From Thalia democratica (Eukaryota), in assembly GCA_965202585.1 (NCBI GenBank), contig OZ241832.1, forward strand, positions 35,898,001-35,962,000: a DNA stretch of 64,000 bases, read 5' to 3'. Positions 48,546 through 62,400 of this stretch are shown one piece after another. Below the pieces are notes generated by a model. The model did not search any database and was not told the origin of the DNA. It saw only the letters and a program-made list of their open reading frames with translations. Every line of letters begins with the position of its first letter. Position 1 is the stretch's first letter. The position numbers were made by a program, and so were the translations under genes.

Positions 48546-48616
48546 TACCCTACAGAGATTTCAACTCGGATCACATGATTCAGAGTTCTGTTTAGTTAAT
48601 ATTACGTCATGGAACC
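48546..48616 (-). pseudogene. Decayed tRNA-Gln(CUG) copy or tRNA-derived SINE head
   Basis: Reverse complement GGTTCCATGACGTAATATTAACTAAACAGAACTCTGAATCATGTGATCCGAGTTGAAATCTCTGTAGG aligns with the recalled metazoan tRNA-Gln-CTG (GGTTCCATGGTGTAATGG...ACTCTGAATCC..GATCCGAGTTCAAATCTC). Acceptor and D stems are broken. Confidence 0.7.
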
Positions 48617-50089
48617 AGTAACAACTCTATAAACTAAAAAATTTTTCAACTATATATTTATTTTTACTAACCGGTTTAATGAATTAATAGTCTAATTTGT
48701 TTATTTAAAGTTTTTTAAAGTAAGTAACACATAAAATGTTTAAAAATTATATTCTAAAGTCTTTTCATAGGGCAAAAAACATAAAAAGAATGTATTTTTT
48801 TAAGAAATGTAGCTTAATTAAGATTTAGAACTTGACAGTTTGATACAACCATAAATTTAAATTTAACTCTCGTCTGTAATTACAAGCAATGAATACTGAA
48901 AATTTAATAAAGTCAAAACAGGCGGTAATGGTATTATTTTAATAAACTTCTTTAAATATTGTTTTCCAGAAAAATCCATGCTATTTAAAGTTTGCGTTTC
49001 GAACAACACAAAGTTTATAAGGAACGACTTATGAGTTATTTTGCAACTGTTTTGGTTGACGCTTTTAGTTCTTTCACAACTTTTTACTAAAAGCACGAAG
49101 TATAGTCAGCTGTGTATGACTATCATGTTGAGAATTTGAATCTAAGCAAAACTTTTCACTTGAATAAAATACAATTAATTGTTTAAGAATGACTGGCGAT
49201 TTTTTCTTTAAGCTTTTGCTAGGAACTAAGTAACCTTATTTAGTTGAAAAAGTGTTATATTTCAAAATATTCCGCTAAAACAATTTAAAATAGGAATTTT
49301 TTTTTTACTTTTTGGGTCTGCTTAAACACCTTTCTTGTTGTCTTATTTTTTTTAAATTAGCTTATATTTTCAACAAAACAGTGATGACCATAAAAAACAG
49401 CTAAACAAATGGAATTTTTTTATCAGCGCTTGAGACTGATGTAAGCAAAAACTTAACTGTCGCAATGGGTCATCAAATACAGGAGTCATAAAATATATTT
49501 CATCAGTTTAACACAAGGAACGAGCGAAGACGTTAGTCTCCTGTAAAAAAAGAGCATCAAGCTGGCTGCGTACACGTTTGCCGCGAAGTGCTTCAGTTGC
49601 AAGGTTCATTGAACTTTTTCAGAATTTGCATAAAATTTTCAACAAAGGTTTGAATTATCAGAGTCAAAAATAAAATGCATTTGGTTCTAGGCAACAACAC
49701 TGTACACTGGTTGTTATCTCGCCTAAAAGTTGTAGCCTGAAATTCACACTATATATGTTAAGTTGCGCCTAGTCACTCGGTTCTAATTTTATAACCGCAT
49801 TGCCATAAATAACGGCTGAGATTTATAGTGTGTACAGTTGTTTTAGAAAAAGATAGAAAACAGTTGAAATCAGATTCTATAGACAAAACTCTTTACAATA
49901 AAGTAGAGCAACTAGGTGAAGTTCCTTTGCTTGATCACATTAAGGTAAACTGTAGTTTTTCTTCATATAATCTTCTGCTTTGTATTTTTTGATCAAAAAA
50001 AAAGCATCCTTAAATATTTTGATTCCGGACTGCCTGAACAAACAGCCTGTTTGGTGGTTCGAACCGTAGAAAGGATCATCTTGGCACTT

Positions 50090-50780
50090 TTGCAGCATTT
50101 AAGTTTTACCTCAGAACCTCTATTAACACCAGGTGGTAAGGATCCAATATCAAACTTGAATAAAGGTATGGCAATTTACCAAAACAGCTGCTGTTGCAAA
50201 ATAAGCTATATTGGATTAACAACAATACATCTAAGGAAAAGGATAAAAGAGCATGTACAAAGAGTGTGGAGATTTTTTGCTTTTCAGATAAGAAAGATGA
50301 TATACCGGTCAAGATTTTTAATGCATCTAAACGTTCACCTATTGCAAAACATTTAGTTAGTAATTCAACATGTGCAAACAGCTATAAACTAAACAAATTT
50401 AAAACTAACAAATCTTGTAGTAATGTCTTCAATTTGATTAAATTAGAAGCTATTTGTATTTTGTTAAGGAAACCTATTTTATGAAAGCGAAAAGATTTTG
50501 ACTAAACTGCTTTTTTTATTTTTTTAATATGTAGTTAATAAGTGTTGTTTTCATTTTATTTACGTTTAGTTTTACTGTAAATTAATTATAACGTAAGTAA
50601 ATTTAAATTATTTCAATTGTTACTAATTTTTTTTGTCATTTATTATTATTTCTCTCTTGATTACTTTATAGGTACTATTATATAAGTTTATAAAGTCTTA
50701 TCTCTTATTAGTTTTGTACTCAACTGATGAGATTTGTTCGAAATATATCTAGTTTTATTGAAATTGTGTGTCTTGTATAT
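50090..50780 (+). mobile_element. Penelope-like retroelement 3' relic (GIY-YIG endonuclease, frameshifted) with a hammerhead-like core in the tail
   Basis: SEPLLTPGGKDPISNLNKGMAIYQNSCCCKISYIGLTTIHLRKRIKEH, then in another frame SPIAKHL...LIKLEAICILLRKP. ctgatgag-atttgttc-gaaa at 50724-50743. Confidence 0.85.
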
Positions 50781-51889
50781 CTTACTGGTCACTTATGTTC
50801 CAATATTTCATTTTTAAGTTTGAAAATTATATTATAACCAAAAATTTTTACTAGTTTCTCAACTTATGTTACCAATAATTCAGAAAGTTTCAATTCGATA
50901 TTTATTAACATTAAAAATACTTAACAAACTCTGGTTTGTTTAAATAAAAACTTAAATTAAACAAGTAGTTGATTAATACAAAACTTTGCATTATAATAGG
51001 GTTGCCTTAGGTGTTCTGAATTACTTCTAGGTTTTTAAAAGTATAAGTGTTTTGTCCAATTTTTGTATACAAGTAGTGTTAAGGTAAAAACCTAATCAAT
51101 AATGTAAAAATACTAAAAAGACATTGCAATGCTACTTAAATACGTTTAACAAAATCTAAATAATACAAAAAAAAAAATTATATAACAGATTTTTCGTATG
51201 TAAACCATGTTTAATGATTTTACATGTAAAAACTGTTTGAAATTCCAGGCTTTTTGCCTAAACTGTCAAATTCCAGGATTTATGGGGACCCTGTCATAAG
51301 TGCAGAAATCCAGAATTTGGTTCGGATAAATAATCTGCAAAATTTATTTTTTTGGTTTGTATGCATATCTTATGATTCAAAAAACAAACCAGTGTAATGA
51401 TTAACATCAATTAAACGCATAGAGTGTCCACCTTGTTTTTTCCAAGTTGATCTTGTTTTGTATAGTTTCATTTGACTATCAGACAATTGTAATCGCTTAA
51501 ATAATAAATTAATTTTTGAGATATAAACGATCAAAGTCTGTGTACTCAACAGGTTCTTTATGGAAGACGCAAAATAGACTATTTTACTAAAAATCTATAT
51601 TCTCCTTCATTTTATAACCAATCTTCTACAAATTTTCACAGATATTTTATTATTAATGTTTAATTTGATTGAATGCAGGAGAAAAACAAAAATAAAACCA
51701 CCTATTTTTTAAATTCTAACAATTGCAACATTTAAAGTCTTTTACACTATAATAAGAATGTTTCTTGAAAATTTAAGGTCTCTTGCTCAAAAGATGAAGT
51801 GTAACGAAGTCGATTCTCGATTTCGTTGTTTTAAACTTTTCCGCCAGTTGGCGCTATAGTCAACCGAGATTGTGTACTTATTTCTTGAT

Positions 51890-52140
51890 AAAGTTAAGAA
51901 ATTGCTCATTAGCCTTTAGCTCGCGCACTATGCGCAGCTCTATTTTATTGTTCTTTATTTATGTTTATTTTGTATTATGTTTATTATTACGCTCAGTTAA
52001 GCCATAAGACCGTGCGAGAGGCACACTAATTGATTATAAGAGCTTTTTTATTATTTCATTTTATAAGATCTTGGTGTTTATTGCATTATTGTATTATAAT
52101 GAGCTTAGTTCAGCCATAAGATCGTGCAAGAAGCACATAA
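51890..52140. repeat. Imperfect ~100 bp direct repeat
   Basis: agccataagaccgtgcgagaggcacac (~52000) and agccataagatcgtgcaagaagcacat (~52112), preceded by a related gctcattagcc..gcgcac segment. Confidence 0.5.
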
Positions 52141-53473
52141 CAATTTAAGACTCTGAGTTACTAGCAAGACCTATTTTCGTATTTAAGATTGTAACATTCA
52201 GAAATTTTAAGAACACTATTAGGAACATTTTAATTTGTAGAATTTGGTGTTAACTTGTTGTGTTTATATTCGCAGTTTTATTCTACTGATAAATTGTCTG
52301 CTTTGTCATTCCACTTTCTAGTTATCATATTAATATCACATATTCAATAAACTCACTTCATCAAAGAAATTATTTGTTTTATCTATATTACATACTTTTT
52401 AATTACTAAGTTAAACCTAATGAGTAAGGAAATTTAGTAAAAGCCTTAAGAGCTAAACGCATAAAAAATAAAAGCACAAAAAAGGGACTTACCCCAATTA
52501 AAGGTAGTTCCTACCACAGGCCCTTTAGGACTACAGAAGGAGTAGATAGTTTTTAGGGAATTTTTAAAAACTTGACAATGAACAAATCGCGGTCCATACG
52601 TTCGTATTAATTTCTTTTACAAAAGCATCTATATCTTTAAAACTAATAATATTTTTTTATTCTATAAAAACTGACCTATAGCTTATACTTTTAGTTTTAA
52701 TGTAATAACCGATTTAAATTTAGTAAAAAAAATTTGGACCCACCCCTATGCCCCTAACTATTATCTATCGTTAACTTAACTGTGATGTTTAATGGTTCAA
52801 AATATTTAATATCTGTAATGGTTTTAAAATCATAATATCATACTGAAAACTATGAATATAATTTACCTGTTTATTAACTTCTGACATAAAAACACCAAAA
52901 AAATAAAGACAACATTTTAAAATGATTATTATAAGCATAGAAAGTGAGTAAATATGTAATTTTTTTAAAACTACTTATTATATAACAAAAAATGTTTATT
53001 GAAAAGAAGTGTTTTCGTGTATTAACCTTTATATTCTAAAAAATAAACACAGTCCCTACAAATTCATCATCATAAAACAGGAATGAGAAAATATTGAGTT
53101 CGTTTTAAAAGTCTGAAAAGCACTGTGAAACATATGTTGTAATTTATACCACAATTTAAAGTAGATAGTAGTTAGCGTGAAAAATTGAACACACAAACTT
53201 TAAAATATTAATGTCTTCATCTCAATTTATACACTCTGTTGTTTAATCAAACTTATTTTATTTATAAATTTAAAAACTAAAAATTACTAGATGAAAACAG
53301 TTGTTAGCAATTTTTTAAACAAAAACTTAAAATAAAAGAAAGCTGTTAAACTTTGTAAATTATCAAAAACTTTCAACAAACCAAAAAGCGCGCAAGCCTC
53401 CCAGAACGAAGCTTTTGCGGTTGAAAAACAACAAAAAATTTAAAAAAAACACAAAAAAACAACTTTTCCGCCA

Positions 53474-56400
53474 TCAGACGACGACGGACGACTCCGCGGC
53501 GGGGGAATCCCCATCTTCCTTTCCGCGCTCCTCCTTTTCGCTGGTCTTCTTGGGTTCCCGGATGTAGAGCGGGGACTTCCCGCTCGCCACCACCTCCTCG
53601 TCGACGCACACTCCGATGATGTCGCTGCCGGGAACGTCGTACATCGAGTCGAGCAGCAGTCGCTCCTGCGTGTGACGTCATAATGGTAAAAACTTAATAC
53701 GATGCAAATAGGCTTATTAATTGGGTAGGTCTTTTTGTGGGAACTATTTTATGGGTAGAATTGCTGCAATCAAATCTGCCCATAACTTAATGTGACGTCA
53801 TAATTATAAAAACCTAATGTGAAGATGCAAATAGGCTTATTAATTAAGCACTTAATGTTTGTGACGTCATGATAACGTTGTTACCTACGAGGCGAAGAGG
53901 AAACATAAAGCTGCCTGGAGTTAATAATGTTCGTTGAATTTTAAGGGGCATTATTACGCGTCATCATTTTGAAAAAAAACTATCAACTCAATATAAACTA
54001 AAACAAACCGGATTTTTGATAAAAAGTATATATTAGCTATTAGTTGGTAAGAAAACGATGAAAATTGTTAGAAAACGTAAGGAAATGTAAGAGTTTTACC
54101 TTAGGTACGAATTGTTTCTTATATTCAAGGTGTGTATTCTATTTGTGTCCCAAGTGCATCGCAATTAAGTAATTTATTTGATTTTTTGTAAGACAACCAA
54201 ACTAAAAACTCGCTAGATCAACAATTCAGCGTTGCAACTGTTATAAGCTAAAAAGAATAGTTTCTGAACTAACACAAAAAACTAGTTTATAAATTAGGCA
54301 AAAAAAAAGTTTATAAATTAAGCTTACAAGATATGAGTTGTTCAAGTAAAGTTTGCAATAAGGTGAATAATTTTGATTGACAATTTGGCTTAAACACTAA
54401 TAAGTTAATGAAAAATAAATACTAGAAGTAAATATAATTACAACATTTATCATTTTTCAAGTAAAAGTTTCATTTAAGTTAAAGCAAAAACTAGTGCCAA
54501 AGTTCTAAAAAACTTTTATTCGAATGAACCTGTAGATAAATATATGAAAGTTATGTACATAAAGATTATAGTTATCAAAAACATAATGCTCAATATGCAT
54601 GAGCAAACTTTAAGGTACATGTTTCGAAATCTTATATTAAACAAACTGTTAAACAAAATAAAACTATGTTCGATAGTACTGTTTTATATGGATCGAGTAG
54701 AATACATTGTTCAAGAATAAAAATCATGACCGTTTACCACAGTTCTTAGCTATTTAAATATTTATTGTAATACATGTATGCATTATCTATTGTATTCTAG
54801 GACACTAAACTTGAACAACTGAATTTTATTTATACTTTGCACTATTTTATCAACAATTATTACATAGCAAACAAAATAATCAAATAATAGATTATATAAT
54901 ATTAAAACAATTAACAAAAACTAATTACAAAATTAAACCATTTGAAATCTAAATCAAACAAAACATAATTCAACAACATCAATTTAAAAAAACTGGAGAA
55001 GGAAAAACATACATTAAACTTAATAACTACACTTAAAACAATAATGCATAAAAATAACCTACTAAGTAAACAAATAAAAAAAAAATTACCGAGCTCTATT
55101 TGTTTGCACAGTTCTGGTTTTCGTAACAATTAAAAACTACCAAAAGCTTAAAAAGCGTGACTAAAACTTTAAATTATTTTACACAGGGTTCGTGCGCGAA
55201 TTTTTTTTCATTTAGCCTGACTGGGACCAATTTAGCCTGACATTTTTTCAAAGTAAGGAAAATCCCCTAAAGAAGTCATTTTAGATATTGGGGGGTCTTG
55301 ATTAGTACTATTGTAGTTTCCGAATTCAACTAGCTTTCTCTCAAAAATGTTTAGAACTTTAAAAATCTGCAAAAAACAACTCATAGCTTAGTTACAACTC
55401 AATAAAATAAGACTAAATTGTGAAAAAAGTGATTGACTCCCCCCTCCCCCCTTAACATAGCAAATTCAGTGATAAGTTTTAAATTAACTGTTAAATCGAA
55501 TCTATTACTAGTGTAAAAAATTTAATATATATTACTAAACACAATTGATAAATTTAATTAAACACTAAGTAAAAACATTATAACCAGAAGATTTATAATA
55601 AAATGACGTGCATTGTCATGTTTTACTAAAACTTAAAATGAAACGCTTACACGAGTATTAAAACTCAAACAAACAGCTAAGTTGTTGAACAAAACTAAAA
55701 TGTTTAAACTGTATTTTTTTATGAATTTTCATAATTATGACAAATATAATCTACTCAAAACAAAATAATGAAGACTCTTAAATATTTATTAAAGATTCAA
55801 CAAAAGGTTTTAAGCATTTATTATTACAAATACTGACTGATTTTGTCTTTAATAACTAAATCATTATTTAGAAATAAATTCACATCTCAATTTGATCTTA
55901 AAAAGACTTCTGAGTTTTTTTTAATCAAAAATTTTGAAGCATTTGAACTGAGAAAAACTGAGATTCTCAAATTTTTAAATAAAAAAACTGATTTAGCCTG
56001 ACGTTTTTCAACTTTTTTCAAAAAAACTGATTTAGCCTGACTTAGCCTGATTTAGCCTGACGCGCACGAACCCTGTTTACATTTTTCCTCACTTTAAATA
56101 CTATTACACATTAAACTGTTACGGTTCTGCTATGGACAAATGTTTGCAGCTTTGATTTGAGACATGATTGCTCATTTCCTTTATAAATTAAAAATAAATG
56201 CTTCTCCACACGTTTTAAAACATTCTATTTCATTGTTTTCTTAAATTTTGCCGATGTTAACCCAATACAGCTATTTTCAAAACAAGCTTAAATTGGTATA
56301 CAACCATACTTTCGTCAAACTTTGGTGTTGAGTCTTTACCGTTAGGTGTTGCTATCGGGTTAGGAGTAAATAATTCCTGTGGATTTAGTCGCAAACACTT

Positions 56401-59400
56401 GTCTAACGCCTTTTATCCAGAAGTGCCGATTTATTGCCGAATAAACTGTTTATATGACAACCTTGGAATTAATTGATTTGTTACTTAATACTTGATTATT
56501 TTATTTGCTATGAAGCTGTTGATAAGCATAGCGCGAAGTATATACAGTTGTGTATTTTACACAGGGTCGCCAAAAGTTTAACAAAAAACTTTTCAAAGCT
56601 TTATAAATTTTTTCCATAATTTTAAAATAAAAGTTTTTTTGTTTACTTTTAGTATTAAATTCAGTAAAGGTAAAAAACTGTATTAAATAGTATAAAGTAA
56701 TTGAAAAGATACTGTATGCTACCTTAAGTGTGTTTTATAACAAATAGAAAAATTAAACAATACAATCAAGAAATTTATGACAGATTTTTTGAATCTAACC
56801 AAAATTTCATTATTTTACATGTAAATTTTTTTTCTAAATTTTCCAAATCCCATATTTTTTTTTGAATAAATTGTCAAAATTTAGGTTTTCCAGGATTCCA
56901 GGTTTTTTAGCAACCCTTTTTGTATATGGTTTAAATGTATAAACAAAACTTTTGGTTTTGTGGTAAAATCACATTGCATGTGAAAATTAAACATTTAAAA
57001 TTTTAAAACTTGTATTTACAAACTAAAAAACCAATACATGTGATGGGCGTTACTTTAAATTTTTTATTTATATCTATGTTTACTTTCCAAAACTATTGAG
57101 TAAAGTTTAACAACATTTTTTACACCGAGTACGTCAGCTGTAATTTAAATAAGTTTCCTTCTTCACAATATTAACCTTAACTATTCAACAAAAAAAATAA
57201 CCAACAAACCATTATAGATCTCAACCCCCTGGCTCCAGTTCTCCTTTCCAACGCGAGTTTGGCGATTTGCTTGAGTGCACACGGAGTTATTGCCAAATCT
57301 GCATTGTCCATGTGGAAGAGGGACTGCAAGTTTAAATTGTAAACGTTTAAGAGATAACATTTTTAATGGAGTTGATCTTAGTTAAACATGTCACATTGTT
57401 AACACATATAAAAAACATTACAAGACTAAAAACTTTTTTTCATTCGTTTAAACTTACAATAAATTAATTTTTAGCTACAACTTGCGTAATTTCAACTTAG
57501 CTTATTTCATAGTTAAGTAAAACTACAGATGTTTATTCTTCAATTGCAATTGATAATTAATATACATAAAGTCTTACGTTTGAAGAAATAAATTAGTCTT
57601 TGAAATATTACAAAAAGATCTTTCTTCATAAAAATAAATTTACAACATCCGGCATAGGGTATACAATATTTTGTACTAATTGAACACACATTGCACTTAT
57701 CAAGCGTTTACTAATATTAACAAAAAAAACTTTATGGTTTCAAAAATGCAGACTTTAATAAGTGTATTATTCTACCAAATTTAAATTCTGTACATTTTTG
57801 ATTTAACCAGCATATTGCTTTTATGTAATCTAATGACTTTAAAAAACGATCTTAAATTTTTTCTGGAAAACATTATACTGCATATTCGTTTATCTTATAA
57901 CTTATTTGATTTATTTAATCACAATTTGTTAAAGTCAAAAAAAAAAACTTTATAATATAGAATGTTACGAGTTAAAACCTATTGCTTTCCTGGTCTAACT
58001 AAACAACTAAAAAACAAACGGTTAATATTTTCAGCAGCAAAAACACTTAACGCTGCGTTTGAACTTAAACCCGGTTGAAAAAATTTGGTCGAGCAACAGC
58101 AAGGAAGGCTTCCTATTGGTCGAAACAGTTACGTAAGGAGCGAGTGACGCATGAGAAGCTCACATCATATGCTAGACTTTTGAACATTTCAACGCGCTTG
58201 CTAATCAGTAAAAACAAGTTGGAAGCTTTGTGTGAAAATTTAAACCATTGTGAATGTTGAGTGCAATCAGCTTAAAACAAGTTATTGCAATGATAATCAA
58301 AAAACAACAATTTGAAACTTTACTGAAGTTATTTAGAGAAATGCAAAAACCAATAAACTATACTGTGTAAAACTGAAAACACAAATGTAAATTAAATAAC
58401 ATTGGTTTGTATGGTTTAATATTAAAGTAAAAAGCGACAGATAAAAATACTTTACATAATATTTTGAGGTAAAACACGTCTGTAAGAACGTGACAACACT
58501 CATATTTGTTATACTTTTGTAGATATATATATATTTAAACAAATATGTATTGGTACCAAACGTGTTAACATATTCCAGCAATCAAATAAACAAAGTAACT
58601 TGTTTAATTATACATATATAAAAACTAATTTAATCAACTACTTTTTTTTTAAGAATTTTAAAAAACGTAAAATGTGAAGTACAAACAAATATAACGAAAG
58701 AAACAGTAACTTGAAAAGCATAAAGCTAAAACAGTATTATAAAAGAAATTAATAGTATATAACATGACAAACTTGGAACTGGGGCACGATGGCGTTCTTG
58801 GGTTCGACCAGTATCTGCACGAGGTGGTCGGTGTCGAGGCTGTGCAGCGGCACGATGATGGGAATCCTACCCACGAACTCCGGAATCATTCCGAACGACA
58901 CCAAGTCGCTGTTGAATGTTCGTCGTTGTTTAAACTCGTTTTGTTATTTTTAAAAGCTCATGCAGTTTTAAAAAAGACAAATGTTTTTTGCTTCAGCGTT
59001 TGTGAGTTTTACTGCATTTAGTTTGGAAAAATAGCTCGTTGGAAAAATACAGGAGTATATAAATATAGTGTATAAAACTGTTGACATAATTGTAAGTTAA
59101 ACGACGTTGGTTTGCATAGTTTACTAATAAAACAAAAAGTAAAAAAATATAAAAAATATTGATTTTGAAATTGTTATTCATCGTTACTGCATTTACTTAA
59201 AATCTCATTTTATAACTTTTGCATAAAGTTTTAAAAAGACAAGTCTTTTTGTGCGTTGGATTTTGTGAATAACCACAAAACAACTTAGAAAAGTAAGTGT
59301 AATAACCCACAAAATTTTAGCTTTATAAAAGTGTATACCATCAATGTATTAAAGCTTGTGTTAAAATTATCAACTGTAAAAAAAATGTTTTTTACATTGA

Positions 59401-62400
59401 AAACTCACTCATAAAACTTAAACATTTTGATATAAATAGTCTTATTTCCACATACTAATATGTTCTATTAAAGGAAAGAACATAGAAGAAAAGTTATTTA
59501 CAAAAAAAAAGGAGTTATAACATTATTATTTATTTAATTATTTCTATACTTTTACACATTTCATAGTATGTATCAACAAACTGAATACAATATCAATTGA
59601 CAGTTTGCTTTTGCAACAAGAAAACCATGATAATCAATGAGGAATGGCAGTAAACAAGCACACCCACCATAAACCAATTCGCCATCCAATAGTTTTTAAT
59701 GTTTACCAAGCAAATATTCAAAACTATTACTAAATAATAATGACTGTTGTTTTATGTATACATCAATTTTTAAATGCACAAATTTGCTTTATAATTAAAA
59801 TATTTGCTTCTAATTGAATTGCCGACAATGCAGTCTAAAAATATACACTCATATAAATAAAAAAATCAAAATATTTCAATCTTCTTGGAAAACATGCGTC
59901 AAGAATTTATAATGATTTGCTATAATTGTTCAGCAGACCACATTTACATATCGAATTATTGATGTTAAATATAATTAAACTCACATACATTTACCTAACA
60001 GTAAAAAATGTTTTATAATATATTGTTTTAACAATTATTTTCGTATGGTTTGGTTATAATAACTGAAGTGAATCAAAACTTACAAGTTTGTTGTTTTTTT
60101 TTTTAATAAAAAAAAACTTAAATAAAACTTAATGTTTTGATAAATAAAAAAAAAATAAACTTTTCACATCATTAGGCTTTTAACAGGAAGTAATGTCACA
60201 AACAGCTCAATTTGTTGTCATATGTAATTATTTAACTACCTTAAACACAACTACTAGCTTAAAATTTTTATATTTGTAAACCAGCGTATTTAATTATTCT
60301 GTATTTTAATGGTAACACGTTATAAAACTCTATTTAGTACAACAAATGTCTTCAACTGATCAAAAAATAACAATATTTTAAAACAACCGCAATTTTTAAC
60401 ATTTTTATTTAGTCACACCAAAACACGACGAAAAATAAAAGCAAATTTAAAGCGAAACAATCAAACCTGGAGTCGCCAAACTTGAACTGAATCATACTAA
60501 GGCCATGGGGGGTAAAACACTTTTTTTTTACAAAAATTAACTTTGGCTTTAATATGAAAAACTTAAGTACAAACTACAAGCCAGTTTTTATAGAATTCAA
60601 AAATATCTGCTTTATAGTTTATTACATCTTTTACAGTTTTAGTTGTTAAAAGTTTTATTTAATTTTTAGTTTATTATTTTGAGTCTTTTGAAATAGATAA
60701 AAATAGCTGTCAATTTATATTGAAAAAGTGTTTATAATTGTAATTTATAATTTTGTATATGCTAGTATTTCTTGTTGTGTTTTATATAAAAGATTCATCA
60801 CTCTAAACTGTCTTGTCTGATTATATAAAGTAGTCTAAAACAGAATTTAGTATTTATTAGATAGTAACTAAACAAGGTAGGATTTAATAATGATAGGTAG
60901 TACTAATAAGTTAAGTGTACCTACAAACTTTTAAGATATTTTATTTTTTGTAAAAATTTTCCGATACAAACGTATAGACCGAAAATTTTTCGGGGTCAAT
61001 TTTCTCGAAAAATTTAAAAATCACTAACAATCAATCTCCCCTTTATTTTTCAAGCAATCTTTTTCAAATTTTCAGGAAATGTTCCTTATATTAAAAGAAA
61101 AAAACTTTACTCATGAATTTTAATAATTTTTTTAATTTTTACTAAATAAAATTTTGAAGTCCAAAGTAACGTTTTTTGATATTTTCTAAAGATTAGACTG
61201 TAAAAATTTGAAGAAGATTGCTTGAAAAATGTAGGAGGAGATAGATTATAAATAAAATAGTCTTTCCCTTCCTATTATGCGGCCCGACTTTGACTGGTCA
61301 TATCTCAAAAAACAATTTTTTAAAACAATAAAAAGCATCTTGAAGCCTAGAAACAACTCTATAAAATAAGATCAACTTGTAAAAAACATGGCCTACCCCC
61401 CTATGGCGTTTTAACTCAACAAAAACCTAAAAGTGAATTTAAAACTGCATCAAACTTCAATTTCGTGCGAACTCAACATGACTGCATGAAAACCTGATAA
61501 CACTAAAACCGAGTGTGAACCTGGAGTCGGTGATCTTGAGCAAATCGTCTTTCTCCCTGTTCTCCCTCAACGCCACCTTTAGGGGCTCCTCGTTCATCTG
61601 CTGCATGTCCCCGGTGAAGTTGAAGCCGATGCCGCCGTTCGACGCGGCTCGCTGCTTGCCCGCCGCAGCTTTGTCGCTCAAGTGCGTGAATCCCAGCGTC
61701 TGAATTATTTTTTGTTTGCAAAATGAAAAGCGTTACGTGGACCGTTATAAAATGTGTTTGACGACAACACGGTTTCAGTTAAAACATAAAAAAAAAATTT
61801 GTATGGTACTTTTTAGTTAAAGAAATTTGAAGAAACAATTTAAACATCAAAATATCATTTACTCAAGAAGCTTGCCTTGCATTTTTCCAAACAATTAACT
61901 CTCAGGTATTCCAACGCAAAATAAATATTTCTCACCGCTTTACAACAACAAAAGTTCAAAAGCTTTAAAACAAAACTGAGCTTCTCCGGTTTAATTCAAT
62001 TTTAGTAACCATGTAAGGAAAAAACGAACTTTCTCGTTGACCCTCCTCGATATGAACTTGTCGAGGCCGTTGAAGGCGCCTGAAGCGATGAACAGGATGT
62101 TGGAGGTGTCGATCGCCACCGTCTCCACCCGCATCTTCCGCGAGCTCCTCTCGGGCACGTTCACCACCGTCCCTTCCAGCATCTTCAGCAGTCCCTGTCG
62201 GTAAAACATTAGCGTTTAAGAAGCTAGCCTTGCGTTTTTCCACACAGTAATCGTTTTTGAGCAAGTTGCTTTGGATGAGCAAGACTTTTTCATTGTTTTT
62301 AGGCTTTTGAAAAAGAATTGTTCAGTTTTAAACTTAACAGACTGACAAAGAAAATAAAAAGCAAAAGAAACAGGGTTGCCACTCGTTTTTTCAAAATTTT

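Noticed and set aside
58050-58280. GC-richer patch with a 61 aa ORF in a CLPX intron
   Set aside because: No homology recognised and no fitting splice sites; most likely a MITE fragment.
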